NCBI GenBank assembly: GCA_963733035.1
Contig: CAVTBU010000004.1
Span: 128,001 to 192,000 of the forward strand
Direction of reading: 5' to 3'
Origin: Pirellulales bacterium
Lineage (GTDB): Bacteria; Planctomycetota; Planctomycetia; Pirellulales; PALSA-1355
DNA length: 64,000 nucleotides
Part shown: positions 49,710-61,475 of the stretch, piece after piece
How the letters are laid out: each line of letters opens with the position of its first letter
Numbering within the stretch: position 1 is the stretch's first letter
Translations under genes and position numbers: made by a program
The notes under the pieces: model-generated
Database searches by the model: none
Seen by the model: the letters and a program-made list of their open reading frames with translations, nothing else
What the model was told of the DNA's origin: nothing

Positions 49710-51244
49710 TTTTCGACCGCGAAATCCATTGCGTCGTTGGTCATCTCGGCTTCGCGATTTTCGTACAGGCACATGTTTCTTGCTTGCGTCAGCAAGTTGC
49801 GCGGCTGGCAACAGCGCATCGGACGGCCAACGGCCCGGTAGTGATTCTCGATCACATAGGTGACCACTTCGTCCCGGTACTCGAATCCCAGGAGTGGGGC
49901 CATCATTTTGAACAAATCCCGGAACTCCTCTTCGCTGGGGTTGGTCACTTCAATTTTATAGGGAATACGCCGTAGGAACGCGTCGTCCACCAAGTCCTTG
50001 GGCTCGAGGTTCGTGGAAAAAATTACGAGTTGGTCGAACGGCACTTCGATCTTCTTGCCGTTGGCCAGGTTCAAGTAGTCGTGTCGCTTTTCCAAGGGAA
50101 CAATCCAGCGATTGAGCAACTCGTCGGTGCTCATCCGCTGACGGCCGAAGTCGTCGATTACCAACGTGCCGCAGTTGCTCTTGAGTTGCACCGGCGCCTC
50201 ACTGATGCCCGTGGACGTGTTGAGCGTGACTTCCAAGTTGGCCATCGTCAATTCACCACCGACCACGACCGTCGGACGGCGGATGCGCACCCAGCGCTTG
50301 TCGACTTTGTACTCATCCAGCAGCCCATTGTGACCGGGCAAGGGAGCCAGTTCGTGCGCATTTGGGTCGAACAGCCGAATGATTTCGCCATCGATTCCGA
50401 TTGACCGAGGAATCCAGATAAACTGGCCAAAGGCTTTGGTAACGCGTTCGGCGATACTCGTTTTGCCGTTGCCCGGAGGCCCGAACAAGAACAAACCGCG
50501 GCCAGAATTGATTGCCGGTCCCAGACGGCGAAGCATCTGCTTATTGATCAACAGATCCGAGAACGCGCGTTTGAGATCGTCAACCTTCGGGTGCTGCTGC
50601 GTCAGCGATTGTTTCGCCACGGCATCGACGTATTGATCGAGCGAGACAGGGGCCGCGCCAAAGTAGGTACAGTGTTCGGAAAGACGCCGGGCGCGTTCGC
50701 GTCCCACGTCCGTCAACTGGTAGAGATAGTCATTCATCGGGGCAGACCCCTTGTGAACGACCAATTGATCCATTTTGAGTTGGCGCAGTAGCTCGTCGAT
50801 CAAGCGGAACGGGAGCTTCAAGTGGTCGTTGACTTCCCGCCCGGTGAGGTCGCCACGCGAGAGCATCAACTTCAGGATCAAGCCCTCGGCGGCGCTGGTG
50901 GTAATCTCGGCTTCTTCAAATGTTGATGGTTCGACCGGAACGAAGGCGTCGGGAATGCCAGGGGTGGCCGACTGCGACCTCGCCTCGTTGGCGGCCAGCA
51001 AGTTTGTATCGATCGACGAGGCGAACGGAGCAACCGTCTGGCCGGACGTCGTCGAGCCAGTCATCCCGCGAATTTTTTCGACCAGTGCATCAATGTCGGC
51101 TTCGGTTTCGCCTGCGGGCGTCTCCTCCTCGGCAACCGCGTGCTGCGCTTGCGAGGCGGCGACCGTCGCCCACGGGTCGGGGCCGGGCATTTGCCCTTGT
51201 CCAGTTAGACGCGCAAGCAGTTCATCGTGTGAAAGTTCTGCCAT
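49691..51244 (-). CDS. AAA+ family ATPase of unknown function
   Basis: Walker A GPPGNGKT, Walker B-like [26 protein letters not shown]; winged-helix-like N-terminal region. Confidence 0.8.
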   Translation of the reverse strand: MAELSHDELLARLTGQGQMPGPDPWATVAASQAQHAVAEEETPAGETEADIDALVEKIRGMTGSTTSGQTVAPFASSIDTNLLAANEARSQSATPGIPDAFVPVEPSTFEEAEITTSAAEGLILKLMLSRGDLTGREVNDHLKLPFRLIDELLRQLKMDQLVVHKGSAPMNDYLYQLTDVGRERARRLSEHCTYFGAAPVSLDQYVDAVAKQSLTQQHPKVDDLKRAFSDLLINKQMLRRLGPAINSGRGLFLFGPPGNGKTSIAERVTKAFGQFIWIPRSIGIDGEIIRLFDPNAHELAPLPGHNGLLDEYKVDKRWVRIRRPTVVVGGELTMANLEVTLNTSTGISEAPVQLKSNCGTLVIDDFGRQRMSTDELLNRWIVPLEKRHDYLNLANGKKIEVPFDQLVIFSTNLEPKDLVDDAFLRRIPYKIEVTNPSEEEFRDLFKMMAPLLGFEYRDEVVTYVIENHYRAVGRPMRCCQPRNLLTQARNMCLYENREAEMTNDAMDFAVENYFAVL

Positions 51245-51477
51245 GAATCGTTACTCGCGAATTGTGCCGAGTGGGCGCGAAATGGGGCCGTGGCGTCTGG
51301 CCCATGCGTCAGTGAAAACCTAGGTCGCCAGCGTCCGCTGGTCAAAGTCCATCTGCGATGCACCGTAGGCTTCGAAGGAGCAGCAGACAGGAGTCCGTTT
51401 GTTCGGTACAATTCGTGCAATTGGCTCGGTCGGCGCGTTTATTTCCTCAGAAAACCCGAGGCAGGGGCAGGAAAGTT

Positions 51478-54189
51478 ATGAGCAAGTCACAGAACACCAA
51501 CCCTTTCGGGGCACGTGAAGCATTTGATACCGGACATGGCAAAGCCAGCCTGTTTCGCCTCTCGAAACTTGAGGACCACGGCCTCGGCAAGATCGCCGAA
51601 CTTCCCTTTTCAATTCGCGTTTTGCTCGAGGCTGCGCTGCGGAACTGCGACGGCTTCACGGTCCGCGAAGACGACGTAAAGAACCTCGCGGGCTGGAGCC
51701 CCACAGCCGCGGCAGACGTGGAGATCCCGTTCAAGCCTTCTCGCGTTCTGTTGCAAGACTTCACCGGCGTACCGGCCGTGGTCGATCTGGCCGCAATGCG
51801 CGCGGCCATGAAGCGGCTGGGGGGCAATCCGAAAAAAATCAACCCGCTCATTCCGGTCGATCTGGTCATCGATCACTCCGTGCAAGTCGACATGTTCAAC
51901 TCGGCCGATGCCCTTGAGAAGAACGTTGAGTTGGAATATCAGCGCAATCGCGAGCGGTACGAATTCCTCCGCTGGGGCCAAAAGGCGTTCGATAATTTCC
52001 AGGTCGTGCCGCCCAGCGTGGGCATCGTGCACCAGGTGAATCTGGAGTACCTGGCTCGCGGCGTCTTTCTGCGCGGCGAGAAGAACGATCCGGTGGCCGT
52101 GCCGGACACGCTGGTGGGCACCGACAGCCATACCACGATGATCAACGGTTTGGGCGTCGTCGGATGGGGAGTCGGCGGCATTGAAGCCGAGGCGGTGATG
52201 CTCGGTCAACCGCTGTATATGCTCATGCCGGAAGTGATCGGCTTCAAGATCACCGGCAAATTGCCGCCAGGCGCCACTGCGACCGACCTGGTGCTAACCG
52301 TTACCCAGATCCTCCGCAAGGCGGGCGTTGTCGGCAAGTTCGTCGAGTTTTTCGGACCGGGCGTTTCGCACATGACCTTGCCGGATCGAGCGACCATCGG
52401 CAACATGGCGCCCGAGTATGGCGCCACGATGGGCTTCTTCCCCGTCGACAACGAGACACTGAGCTACCTGCGACGCACGGGCCGCACGCCGGCCGAAGTC
52501 GATTTGGTCGAGCGGTACACGAAAGAGCAGCAGCTTTTCCGTACCGATGACGGCCCCGAGCCGAAGTTCACGAAAGTGCTTTCGCTCGACATGAGCACCG
52601 TGGAACCTAGCCTGGCCGGACCGAAGCGTCCGCAGGACCTGGTGCCGCTAAGGACGATGAAGGAGTCGTTCCACAATTCGCTCACCGCCCCGGTCTCCGA
52701 ACGCGGCTTCGCGCTCGACTCCGCGGGCCTCAAGCGTACCGCAAACGTGAGCAACAACGGCAGTTCGTCCACGATTGGACACGGCGCCGTCGTGATTGCC
52801 GCCATCACTAGTTGCACGAACACCAGCAACCCTTCGGTGATGATTGCCGCCGGATTGTTGGCCAAGAAAGCGGCCGAGAAGGGGCTCAAGCGCAAACCGT
52901 ATGTGAAAACCAGCCTGGCTCCGGGGTCGCGCGTGGTTACCGACTACTTTGAAAAGTCAGGACTAATCAAGCCGCTTGAGGAACTCGGGTTTTACACCGT
53001 TGGCTATGGCTGCACGACTTGCATCGGCAACAGCGGCCCGCTGCCCGAGCCAGTGGCCAAAGCGGTTACGGATGGCGATTTGGTTGCGTCAGCCGTCTTG
53101 AGCGGAAATCGCAACTTCGAGGGCCGTATCAATCCGTTGGTAAAGGCCAACTACTTGGCCAGCCCGCCGCTTGTCGTGGCCTATGCCTTGGCCGGAACGA
53201 CGGATATCGACTTGGTCAAGGAGCCCATCGGCCAGGGTAGCGATGGCAAGGATGTCTTCTTGAAGGATATCTGGCCGTCGTCGGAGGAGGTGCAAGCCAC
53301 GATCGAAAAGTGCGTGCGGCCCGAGATGTTTCAGGCTCGCTACACCGACGTGATGACCTCCAACAAGAAGTGGAATCAGCTGCCGACCAGCGAGGGTGAC
53401 CTCTACGATTGGGATGCAGACAGCACGTACATTCAGGAGCCGCCATTTCTGGTCGACTTGCCGCGCGAACCGGGACAGATTCAGCCGATCGCCGGTGCCC
53501 GCGTGCTGGCGATGCTGGGCGACTCAGTAACCACCGACCATATTTCGCCAGCCGGTTCGATTGCCGTCAAGAGTCCGGCCGGTCGCTATCTCGTCGAGCA
53601 CGGAGTTGATCCGCGCGACTTCAATAGCTACGGGGCCCGCCGCGGCAACGATCGGGTCATGACGCGTGGCACGCTCGCGAACATCCGCATCCGCAATCAA
53701 CTGGCCCCAGGCACCGAGGGCGGCGTTACGCGTCACTTGCCCGACGGGCAGCAAATGAGCATCTACGACGCGGCGATGCAATATAAGCAAGAGGACGTGC
53801 CATTGGTTATCCTGGCCGGCGCCGAGTATGGCACCGGCAGCAGCCGCGACTGGGCTGCCAAAGGAACCCTTCTCCTTGGCGTGCGGGCCGTTATCGCCGT
53901 CAGCTTCGAGCGGATTCACCGCAGCAACCTGGTGGGCATGGGCGTGTTGCCGCTCGAGTTTACCAAGGGCACCTCGTGGGAGTCGCTCGGCCTCACCGGT
54001 GAAGAGACTTATGAGATCCAGGGGCTCGACGAAACGCTCAAACCCTCCGGCACCGTGACGGTCGTGGCAACGTCGAGCGGCGGTGCCTCGAAGGAGTTCA
54101 CTTGCCGCGTCCGGATCGACACGCCCGTGGAGCTCGAATACTACCGCCATGGTGGCATCTTGCAGACAGTGCTCCGAAAGCTGCTATGA
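51478..54189 (+). CDS. acnA: Aconitate hydratase A
   Basis: [76 protein letters not shown]. Confidence 0.97.
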   Translation: MSKSQNTNPFGAREAFDTGHGKASLFRLSKLEDHGLGKIAELPFSIRVLLEAALRNCDGFTVREDDVKNLAGWSPTAAADVEIPFKPSRVLLQDFTGVPAVVDLAAMRAAMKRLGGNPKKINPLIPVDLVIDHSVQVDMFNSADALEKNVELEYQRNRERYEFLRWGQKAFDNFQVVPPSVGIVHQVNLEYLARGVFLRGEKNDPVAVPDTLVGTDSHTTMINGLGVVGWGVGGIEAEAVMLGQPLYMLMPEVIGFKITGKLPPGATATDLVLTVTQILRKAGVVGKFVEFFGPGVSHMTLPDRATIGNMAPEYGATMGFFPVDNETLSYLRRTGRTPAEVDLVERYTKEQQLFRTDDGPEPKFTKVLSLDMSTVEPSLAGPKRPQDLVPLRTMKESFHNSLTAPVSERGFALDSAGLKRTANVSNNGSSSTIGHGAVVIAAITSCTNTSNPSVMIAAGLLAKKAAEKGLKRKPYVKTSLAPGSRVVTDYFEKSGLIKPLEELGFYTVGYGCTTCIGNSGPLPEPVAKAVTDGDLVASAVLSGNRNFEGRINPLVKANYLASPPLVVAYALAGTTDIDLVKEPIGQGSDGKDVFLKDIWPSSEEVQATIEKCVRPEMFQARYTDVMTSNKKWNQLPTSEGDLYDWDADSTYIQEPPFLVDLPREPGQIQPIAGARVLAMLGDSVTTDHISPAGSIAVKSPAGRYLVEHGVDPRDFNSYGARRGNDRVMTRGTLANIRIRNQLAPGTEGGVTRHLPDGQQMSIYDAAMQYKQEDVPLVILAGAEYGTGSSRDWAAKGTLLLGVRAVIAVSFERIHRSNLVGMGVLPLEFTKGTSWESLGLTGEETYEIQGLDETLKPSGTVTVVATSSGGASKEFTCRVRIDTPVELEYYRHGGILQTVLRKLL

Positions 54190-54212
54190 CACGACCGCGC
54201 AGGTCGGTGTAT

Positions 54213-54706
54213 TTAGCCATTGTTGTGAGCAAGCTCTTCGGCCACGAGTTCGAGATTATCCTGGTAGTAGTCAACGGTTTCGGCCGGCGTGAGGTTGAAC
54301 CGAGCACGGCCGTCGGTGGCCCAGCTACCACCTTCGATCCGAAAGACGGCGGTGGCCGCGCGAGATTGCTCACGGCCTCGACTTCCTCCATTCCTCCCCC
54401 GGCGATGGCCTCAAAGCCAATGGTCACTCCGACGAAAGCCCACAGCTCGCCACTCTGCCGATGCCGTGCATAGAGCACCGCATCCTCAAAATCACAACGA
54501 ACCCAATCGAGCCCCCGCGGCTTGCCGCTGCGTGACGCCAAGGTCAGGAACTTTGCTTCAAGCCGCTCGCGCTGAAGGTGAAAATCGCGGCGTGCCCGGG
54601 CCAGCTGCTTTTCGCGCAGCCGCGCGCGCAACGGTCGCCAACCGACGGCCGCCACGCAGAGGAGGACCGCGCCGACAGCTACTGCCGTGATCCACCACGC
54701 GGCCAT
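54213..54706 (-). CDS. Hypothetical single-TM protein; frameshifted near 54361
   Basis: N-terminal TM, SGKPRGLDW, GGGMEEVEAVSNL; a +1 correction gives RAATAVFRIEGGSWATDGRARFNLTP..NNG-stop at 54213 and removes the overlap with acnA. Confidence 0.65.
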
Positions 54707-54972
54707 GAGAAGACCCTCGTCCGTGCAGGAATATCGCGCCCTTACCGTCTCATTTTACTCGGCGCACCGGTGGTTACAAGCAAACCGCACGCCGCTGGGT
54801 AGCAAGATTCGGCACGCCTGGAGTGACACCCCCTCCGGGTCTTTTCAGCGGCCCCCCTTTTGCTATGATGGCACCCGCAACGACACATCCGTCAATCGCC
54901 TTTTCGGCGAACCGACCAGGGCCGCGTCGTTGGCTCTTTCTAATCCTTTTCATCCGTCGGGAGCGTAGAAGC

Positions 54973-55185
54973 ATGGCACAAGGAAAAATCAAAAAACTGG
55001 TTCAAGACAAGGGATTCGGCTTCATCCAAACCAACAATGGTGAAGACGTTTTCTTCCACCATTCGACCGTCGCCAATCATGGCTTCGACGACCTGACCGA
55101 GGGTCAGGAGGTGGAGTATGAAATCGAGAGCGGCGAGGCGCCCAAAGGCAAGGGCCCCCGGGCGTCCTCGGTGACCCCGGTATAG
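54973..55185 (+). CDS. Cold-shock (CspA family) protein
   Basis: KGFGFI (RNP1), DVFFHHS (RNP2), L.EGQ.VEY, KGPRA. Confidence 0.95.
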   Translation: MAQGKIKKLVQDKGFGFIQTNNGEDVFFHHSTVANHGFDDLTEGQEVEYEIESGEAPKGKGPRASSVTPV

Positions 55186-55207
55186 ACTTGGCAAGCGGAA
55201 ACAATTG

Positions 55208-55254
55208 GGCCGGGCGTTCTGCATTCACCGCAGGCCGCCCGGCCTCTTCTGTTT
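55208..55254 (+). terminator. Probable intrinsic terminator after the cold-shock gene
   Basis: GGCCGGGCG..CTGC-loop-GCAG..CGCCCGGCC stem followed by TCTTCTGTTT. Confidence 0.5.
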
Positions 55255-55384
55255 GGGCGGTCACGGCTCGCATCCTGGAGCGACACTTTCGACGAGGCTC
55301 TATAGGATGGCCGGGCGCTACCTGAAGGCACTGGGAATTCGTCGAAGACTTTCACCTCGCCAGATCACTCGGGAGAACGTGGTG

Positions 55385-56266
55385 ATGCCGCCACTTGGTG
55401 CCCACATGTCGATTGCCGGCGGCTACTACAAAGCCGTCGAACTGGCGCAAGCCGCCGGGTGCGATTGCGTGCAGGTGTTTACCAAGAACAACAACCAATG
55501 GCGGGCCAAGGAACTGACAGACGACGATTCAAAACGGTTTCAGGACGCCCTGGCGCGTACAGGCGTTGCGTATCCGATCGCCCACGACTCGTATCTGATC
55601 AACCTGGCCAGTCCCGACGATGAGCTTTGGAAGAAATCCATCGAAGCATTTCGGATCGAACTTCTGCGGGCTGAAAAGCTGGGAATCCCTTACGTGGTCA
55701 CTCATCCTGGATCGTACACCACCAGCAGCGAGGCCGAGGGGCTGTCGCGAATCGTCGACGCACTCGACATAGTGCATCGGCAGACCGAGGGTATCCGAGC
55801 CCAAGTGCTGCTTGAGAACACAGCCGGTCAGGGGACGAACCTGGGCTGGCGGTTCGAGCACCTGGCCACGATCCTTGCCGGCGTGGCGGCGCCTGAAAAG
55901 GTGGGCGTTTGCATCGACACGTGTCACACTGTCGCGGCCGGTTATCCGCTCATCGAGCCGGCCGACTATGTGGCGACTCTTGCCGAGTTCGACCGAGTCG
56001 TCGGCCTAACGCGTGTGAAGGCGTTTCATGTCAATGACAGCAAGCAGCCGCTTGGTTCGCGGGTTGATCGCCACGAGCACATTGGCCGCGGCACGCTGGG
56101 TCTCGAACCGTTTCGTCACTTGCTGAACGATCCCCGATTCGAAAACACGCCAATGTATCTGGAAACGGCCAAGGAAATGGAGGACGGCGAGGAGATGGAC
56201 GTAGTCAATCTGCGGACCCTACGCGGGCTGATCAGGAGCAAGTCTTCACGAAGGAAAACGCAATGA
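55385..56266 (+). CDS. nfo: Endonuclease IV (AP endonuclease 2)
   Basis: LGAHMSIAGG, AHDSYLINLAS, THPGS, LLENTAGQG, CIDTCH, FHVNDSK, DRHEHIG, YLET. Confidence 0.95.
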   Translation: MPPLGAHMSIAGGYYKAVELAQAAGCDCVQVFTKNNNQWRAKELTDDDSKRFQDALARTGVAYPIAHDSYLINLASPDDELWKKSIEAFRIELLRAEKLGIPYVVTHPGSYTTSSEAEGLSRIVDALDIVHRQTEGIRAQVLLENTAGQGTNLGWRFEHLATILAGVAAPEKVGVCIDTCHTVAAGYPLIEPADYVATLAEFDRVVGLTRVKAFHVNDSKQPLGSRVDRHEHIGRGTLGLEPFRHLLNDPRFENTPMYLETAKEMEDGEEMDVVNLRTLRGLIRSKSSRRKTQ

Positions 56267-57288
56267 ACCTGTCCCGCGCGATTCTCGGAGCCACGATTGC
56301 CGCGACGGTCATGCTGCCGCACGGAGCAAGTGCCGAATCACCCGAGGCTCCGCCGGACGTGACGGTCGCGCTCGAGCACATGTCGAAAGACGGTCGGCCG
56401 ATAACGTTTTCGGTTGGCGACTACGAAATTCCGCCAGGCGGTCATCTGCAAGGTGTCCAGATGCGCTACGATGCGGCCGGCAAGCGTCACCTCGCGTTTC
56501 TCTCCCATGATTCCGAAAACTACGCGTATTTGCTGGCTGTGGCCTTTCCGGCCAACTCGTCCGACCAATTCTCCCCTGCCGGTCGCGTGATCCACTTGCA
56601 GCGACTGCCCTCCGATGGGCAATCCCCCCCGTTACGGCACGCGGGCGGATTCCAGATTCTCGGCAATACCTTGGTCGTGGGAGTGGAAGACAATCAGGAC
56701 AAGCGGCGCTCGCAAATTCAGTTTTGGGACGTCTCGAAGCCTGACGCGATGGTCCAACTCGAACACCTGATCGTTTCGCGTGTCAGCTCGCAGCCGAAGG
56801 ACGTGACGGCCGGCGCAGTAGGCCTTGCTGCGCTAGAAAGCGGACATCATCTGCTGGCAGTAGCCAATTGGGACAGCCGGGCGATCGACTTCTATAAGAC
56901 AAACGGCAAGCCGCTGGCCGACCCACAGTGCCAATTCGCGTTCGCCTTTCGTTGGGCCGCTGCCGGTGCCGACGTGGATGGGTGGCAGCCCGACTCCAGC
57001 TTCGCCACTTATCAATCGATCAATCTGGTGACCGATTCGCGAGGGAAACTTTATCTGCTCGGGTTCGATACCGTTTTTGGCGTGCAGGACGTCATCGATC
57101 TCTATTCGGTCCACTTGGGCGAGTCGCCCGAGAAGTGCCTGCGCAAGTTGCTTCGCAAGAAGATGCGACTAACCGACGAGAATCACTTTCGCTTTGGAGG
57201 CGGAGCCTGGATTCACGGCTGCTCGGTGACGATTCTCTCGACCGAACGTAACATTGGCGCGGAAACGACGTTGAATGTTGCCGACTAA
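56263..57288 (+). CDS. Secreted hypothetical protein (possible beta-propeller)
   Basis: Signal peptide; GHLQGVQ and HAGGFQI repeat-like motifs; ATGA overlap with the nfo stop. Confidence 0.6.
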   Translation: MNLSRAILGATIAATVMLPHGASAESPEAPPDVTVALEHMSKDGRPITFSVGDYEIPPGGHLQGVQMRYDAAGKRHLAFLSHDSENYAYLLAVAFPANSSDQFSPAGRVIHLQRLPSDGQSPPLRHAGGFQILGNTLVVGVEDNQDKRRSQIQFWDVSKPDAMVQLEHLIVSRVSSQPKDVTAGAVGLAALESGHHLLAVANWDSRAIDFYKTNGKPLADPQCQFAFAFRWAAAGADVDGWQPDSSFATYQSINLVTDSRGKLYLLGFDTVFGVQDVIDLYSVHLGESPEKCLRKLLRKKMRLTDENHFRFGGGAWIHGCSVTILSTERNIGAETTLNVAD

Positions 57289-57306
57289 CACAGCGCGGCA
57301 GTCGAT

Positions 57307-57738
57307 TTATGCCTTTGTCGATGCGCGCACGAGCAGCACGGGAATGTCGGTCTTGTGCCGGACCTCTGATGCGACGCTTCCCAGAATGATGTCGCCGAGA
57401 ATGCGATGTCCGTGCGTGCTCATCGCAATCAGATCGCAGCCTTCGCGATGTGCGATGTCCACGATCTGATGGCTAGGCTCGCCACAGGCCAGCACCGAAT
57501 CAACGGGAAAACCTTCCTCCGCCAACTCCGCCTGACACGCTTCCAGGTAAACCCGATCAACGCGCATTTCCTCGGACTCGTCGAGCCCCAGGTTTTCTTG
57601 ATTGCGGGCCACGAACCCGTCGGCCACATGTAGTAGCGTAAGCCGCGCACCGGTCAGCCGGGCCAAGCCGCGGATGTGCGACAAGATGGCGGTGTCCGTC
57701 GGCGAATTCTCGAGTGGAATCAGAATATGCTGATACAC
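57307..57738 (-). CDS. Universal stress protein
   Basis: YQHILIPL, LTLLHV, DLIAMSTHG, ILGSVASEVRH..PVLLV. Confidence 0.9.
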   Translation of the reverse strand: MYQHILIPLENSPTDTAILSHIRGLARLTGARLTLLHVADGFVARNQENLGLDESEEMRVDRVYLEACQAELAEEGFPVDSVLACGEPSHQIVDIAHREGCDLIAMSTHGHRILGDIILGSVASEVRHKTDIPVLLVRASTKA

Positions 57739-57766
57739 AGCCGGTGCCAGTAACGGTGAATGCGGC

Positions 57767-59119
57767 TCAGTTGGATCCGAAGAACTCGGCGTATAGCAAA
57801 TAGAGATTCAATAATACGATGATCGCCGTCACGATCCAAGCGCTAACAACCAGCAGCGGTTTGTTGACGAAGCGGCCCATCTTGCCGCGGTCGGACGTGA
57901 ATGCAACCAGCGGCACGACCGCAAAACTAAGCTGCATCGAAAGTATGACCTGGCTGAACACCAACAATTCCCCCACGCCGCGCTCTCCATACATGCCGGC
58001 CACAATGACCGCGGGCACAATGGCAACCGACCGCGTCAGGAGCCGCCGCACCCAGGGGCGCAAACGCAGTTCGAGGAACCCTTCCATCACGATCTGGCCG
58101 GCCATCGTCCCGGTTAGCGTGGAGTTCTGCCCCGACGCCAACAATGCCACGGCAAAGGCCGTGCTGGCCAGTTGCACTCCCAGCACCGGCGTGAGGAGAT
58201 TGTAGGCATCGGAAATATCGGCGACGTTTTGATGTTCCGTGCCATGAAAAGCCGCTGCGCTGACGATCAAAATCGCCGCGTTTATGAAGAATGCGAATAG
58301 CAGAGCAACAGTCGAATCGATTGTGGCGAAGCGAATCGCCATCGACTTGCCCTGGTCGGTTTTCTCAAACGCCCGCGTCTGCACGATGCTCGAGTGCAAG
58401 TAGAGGTTGTGCGGCATCACGGTCGCGCCCAGGATGCCGATGGCGATGTAAAGCATCGCTGGATTGGTGACGACTTCCGGTCGCGGAATCAGCCCGACCA
58501 GCATGGGCCCCATCATCGGTCCGGAAGCGATGATCTCGTAGAGAAAACACGCTCCGATGAGGAAAATTAGACTAGCAACAAGCGCCTCGACATATCGGAA
58601 CCCCTTGTTCTGCAGGAACAGCACGACGAACACATCGAGCGCCGTTAGCACCACGCCCACCATCAGCGGAAGGCCAAACAGCAAGTTGAGGGCAATGGCC
58701 GAGCCGATCACTTCGGCCAGATCGCAGGCGGCGATGGCAATCTCGCAAATGACCCACAGAAAGTACCCGACAGGTCGCGAGTAGTGGTCGCGACAGGCCT
58801 GGGCTAGATCGCGACCGGTGACGATGCCCAGTTTCAACGCGAGGTGCTGCAGCAGGATCGCCATGAAGTTGGAAATCAAGACGACCGACAACAGCGTGTA
58901 ACCAAACTGCGCCCCGCCGGCCAAATCAGTTGCCCAATTGCCCGGGTCCATGTAGCCGACCGCCACCATCAGGCCGGGACCGGAAAACGCCAGCATCTTG
59001 CGCCAGAACCCACGCTGTGACACCGGCACCGAGGCGTAAACTTCCGGCAACGACGGAGTGCGTGCTTCCTGCCGCCAGGCGGGGCGTACAGGCGACTGGC
59101 CCGGAACGTTGTCTTGCAT
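57767..59119 (-). CDS. mntH: Nramp family Mn2+/Fe2+ transporter
   Basis: [56 protein letters not shown]. Confidence 0.95.
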   Translation of the reverse strand: MQDNVPGQSPVRPAWRQEARTPSLPEVYASVPVSQRGFWRKMLAFSGPGLMVAVGYMDPGNWATDLAGGAQFGYTLLSVVLISNFMAILLQHLALKLGIVTGRDLAQACRDHYSRPVGYFLWVICEIAIAACDLAEVIGSAIALNLLFGLPLMVGVVLTALDVFVVLFLQNKGFRYVEALVASLIFLIGACFLYEIIASGPMMGPMLVGLIPRPEVVTNPAMLYIAIGILGATVMPHNLYLHSSIVQTRAFEKTDQGKSMAIRFATIDSTVALLFAFFINAAILIVSAAAFHGTEHQNVADISDAYNLLTPVLGVQLASTAFAVALLASGQNSTLTGTMAGQIVMEGFLELRLRPWVRRLLTRSVAIVPAVIVAGMYGERGVGELLVFSQVILSMQLSFAVVPLVAFTSDRGKMGRFVNKPLLVVSAWIVTAIIVLLNLYLLYAEFFGSN

Positions 59120-59217
59120 GTGAAACCGTGTCGTCAGGGACCGGTGCGCATTCTGTGCCGCCTCGCAAGAGAACTACCACGCATGGATTGGCCCATTATT
59201 GACGATCGCGGCGCCAT

Positions 59218-59257
59218 TTTTCAATACTCAAAAATACTTATTTTGGACTTACGAAAA
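59218..59257. promoter_or_regulatory. Two tandem 17-bp TTTT-N9-AAAA boxes upstream of mntH (candidate metal-regulator operators)
   Basis: TTTTCAATACTCAAAAA (59218-59234) and TTTTGGACTTACGAAAA (59241-59257) in an AT-rich patch about 100-140 bp upstream of mntH. Confidence 0.4.
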
Positions 59258-59553
59258 CGTAATGTTCCTCCACGATCGGTGGATTACGCGTGCCGCCCCA
59301 GGCAGCGACTACCGCGCGAGTAGCGTGAGCATGCCGTTGTGTCGTTTGTGTCGTCGAACGAGGTGAATCTGTAGGGCTTGTTCGGATCGGCAGAAGTCAA
59401 AGCGTCCGTTGCATTTCTGAAAAGTTGACAGTCCGACCCCGACCGCTACATTTACAGGTAGGCTTGTAGCTGGACAGGGCGACAAGATGGGACTTGCCGC
59501 CGGAATGGGCCGTTGAGCAGATCAGCCAGCTGACGAGGTCAGGTGCGTCACCC

Positions 59554-60111
59554 ATGGGTTTGACATACTTCAAGCGTTTTCGCATGGAGATTGACTTATC
59601 TGGCCGTTTGGTGACGTCGCCGCCGTTACCGACCGGTTATCGGGTCCTGCGGTGGGACGATTCGCTTCTCGAATCGCACGCCGAGGCGAAGTACAACAGC
59701 TTCCGCGGCGAAATCGATTCGAACGTTTTCCCCTGCCTTGGCGACTGGCTGGGTTGCCAGCGGCTGATGCAAGAGATTCGATCCAAGCAGGGCTTCCTGC
59801 CTCAAGCGACGTGGTTGATCGCCCACAATTCAGCCGACGGAAACCAGGAATACTGCGGCACAGTGCAGGGAATTCGCGACTATACGGGAATGGGAGCCAT
59901 TCAAAATCTTGGCGTCACACCTGAACATCGCAGTCGACAATTGGGGTCCTACCTGCTGTTGCGAGCACTCGAGGGATTTCAAGAGGCGGGACTGCGGCGG
60001 GCCTTCCTCGAAGTAACAGCGCAGAATAGTGGGGCGATTCGGCTCTACCATCGACTGGGCTTCGTTAAAGCACGGACCGTTTACAAAGCCGTCGAAGTTG
60101 CGTATTCCTAG
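59554..60111 (+). CDS. GNAT family N-acetyltransferase
   Basis: IQNLGVTPEHRSRQLG, LEVTAQNSGAIRLYHRLGF. Confidence 0.85.
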   Translation: MGLTYFKRFRMEIDLSGRLVTSPPLPTGYRVLRWDDSLLESHAEAKYNSFRGEIDSNVFPCLGDWLGCQRLMQEIRSKQGFLPQATWLIAHNSADGNQEYCGTVQGIRDYTGMGAIQNLGVTPEHRSRQLGSYLLLRALEGFQEAGLRRAFLEVTAQNSGAIRLYHRLGFVKARTVYKAVEVAYS

Positions 60112-60230
60112 ACGCTCGCAGCTATCGATCTTGTCGTGCGCCTGGTACTAACTTCGCCCCGTCCGCCTATTGATCCTCTCGGCCGATCGACGTATTCTTT
60201 CGGCCTTCCTGCCAGCCAATTGGGAATCAC

Positions 60231-61475
60231 GTGACGCAATCCATTCTGACTCACACCTTTGCCAACGGATTGGTTCTCGCGGCCGAACCGATGCGCTCGC
60301 TCGAATCGGCCGCATTCACTTTCCTGGTGCCTGCTGGGTGTGCATTTGATCCAATCGATTCGGCTGGACTGGCCGAATTCACTTGCGAGTTGGCACTGCG
60401 CGGCTCTGGCCCGCGTGACAGCCGACAGTTCATTCGGGACCTGGAAAACCTGGGAGTCGAGCACGGCGAATCGGTTTCGGTCAGCCATGCCAGCTTCAGC
60501 GGCGCGACGCTCGCTGGCAATATGCTGCCGGCACTAGACATTTATGCTGATTTGCTACGCCGGCCACGTTTCCCCAACGACCAGGTCGAGCCGGCGCGAA
60601 TGGTCGTGCTGCAAGAACTGGCATCCATCGAAGATGAACCCGGGCAAAAGGTAATGTTGGAATTGCGCCGCCATCAGTACCCCGATCCGTGGGGGCGTTC
60701 GAGCCATGGCGAGGAGCAGGCGCTGGAGCGCATTCGCCTCGCTGAAATCCAAGAACATCACGCCGAGCACTATCACCCTAACGGCACCATTCTGGGTGTC
60801 GCGGGCAACTTCGATTGGGAGAAGCTGAAGGAGCATGTCGCGATGCTATTTGAGGATTGGAAACCGCGGACTGGGCAGGAGCCCAGCGACGGCCAAGTCC
60901 TGGAAAAACGGGCGCACATTCAGCACGAATCGAATCAGACGCAAATCGGCATCGCCTTTGACAGCTTGCCGTATAGCCATCCGGACTACTTTCAGGCCTG
61001 GGGAGCCGTCGGTGTGCTCAGCGGCGGAATGAGTTCCCGACTGTTCACCGAGGTGCGCGAGAAACGTGGACTTTGTTACAGCGTCTACGCCACGATGCAC
61101 ACGCTTCGAGATCGGGGTAGCGTGCTGTGTTATGCCGGCACAAGTGCCGAACGAGCGCAGGAGACGCTTGACGTCACGCTTGCGGAACTCGTGGGAGTAG
61201 CCAAGGGCGTCCACGCCGACGAACTTAAGCGATTGAAGGCGCGAATCAAGAGTGGCCTGATCATGCAACAGGAGTCGAGTATCTCGCGTAGCGGGGCCAT
61301 TGCTCGCGACTGGTACCACTTGGGGCGCGTCCGCAGTCTTGACGAAATAAGCCAAATCATGGACGGACTGTCCTGCGAGAGTATTAACAACTACCTGACC
61401 GCCAATCCGCCAGCCGATTTTACCGTTGTGACGCTGGGCCCGCAGCCGCTGGAGGTGCACCTTGGAGTTTCGTGA
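60231..61475 (+). CDS. M16 family peptidase, non-catalytic subunit
   Basis: [29 protein letters not shown]; lacks HxxEH (GLAEFTCEL). Confidence 0.85.
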   Translation: MTQSILTHTFANGLVLAAEPMRSLESAAFTFLVPAGCAFDPIDSAGLAEFTCELALRGSGPRDSRQFIRDLENLGVEHGESVSVSHASFSGATLAGNMLPALDIYADLLRRPRFPNDQVEPARMVVLQELASIEDEPGQKVMLELRRHQYPDPWGRSSHGEEQALERIRLAEIQEHHAEHYHPNGTILGVAGNFDWEKLKEHVAMLFEDWKPRTGQEPSDGQVLEKRAHIQHESNQTQIGIAFDSLPYSHPDYFQAWGAVGVLSGGMSSRLFTEVREKRGLCYSVYATMHTLRDRGSVLCYAGTSAERAQETLDVTLAELVGVAKGVHADELKRLKARIKSGLIMQQESSISRSGAIARDWYHLGRVRSLDEISQIMDGLSCESINNYLTANPPADFTVVTLGPQPLEVHLGVS

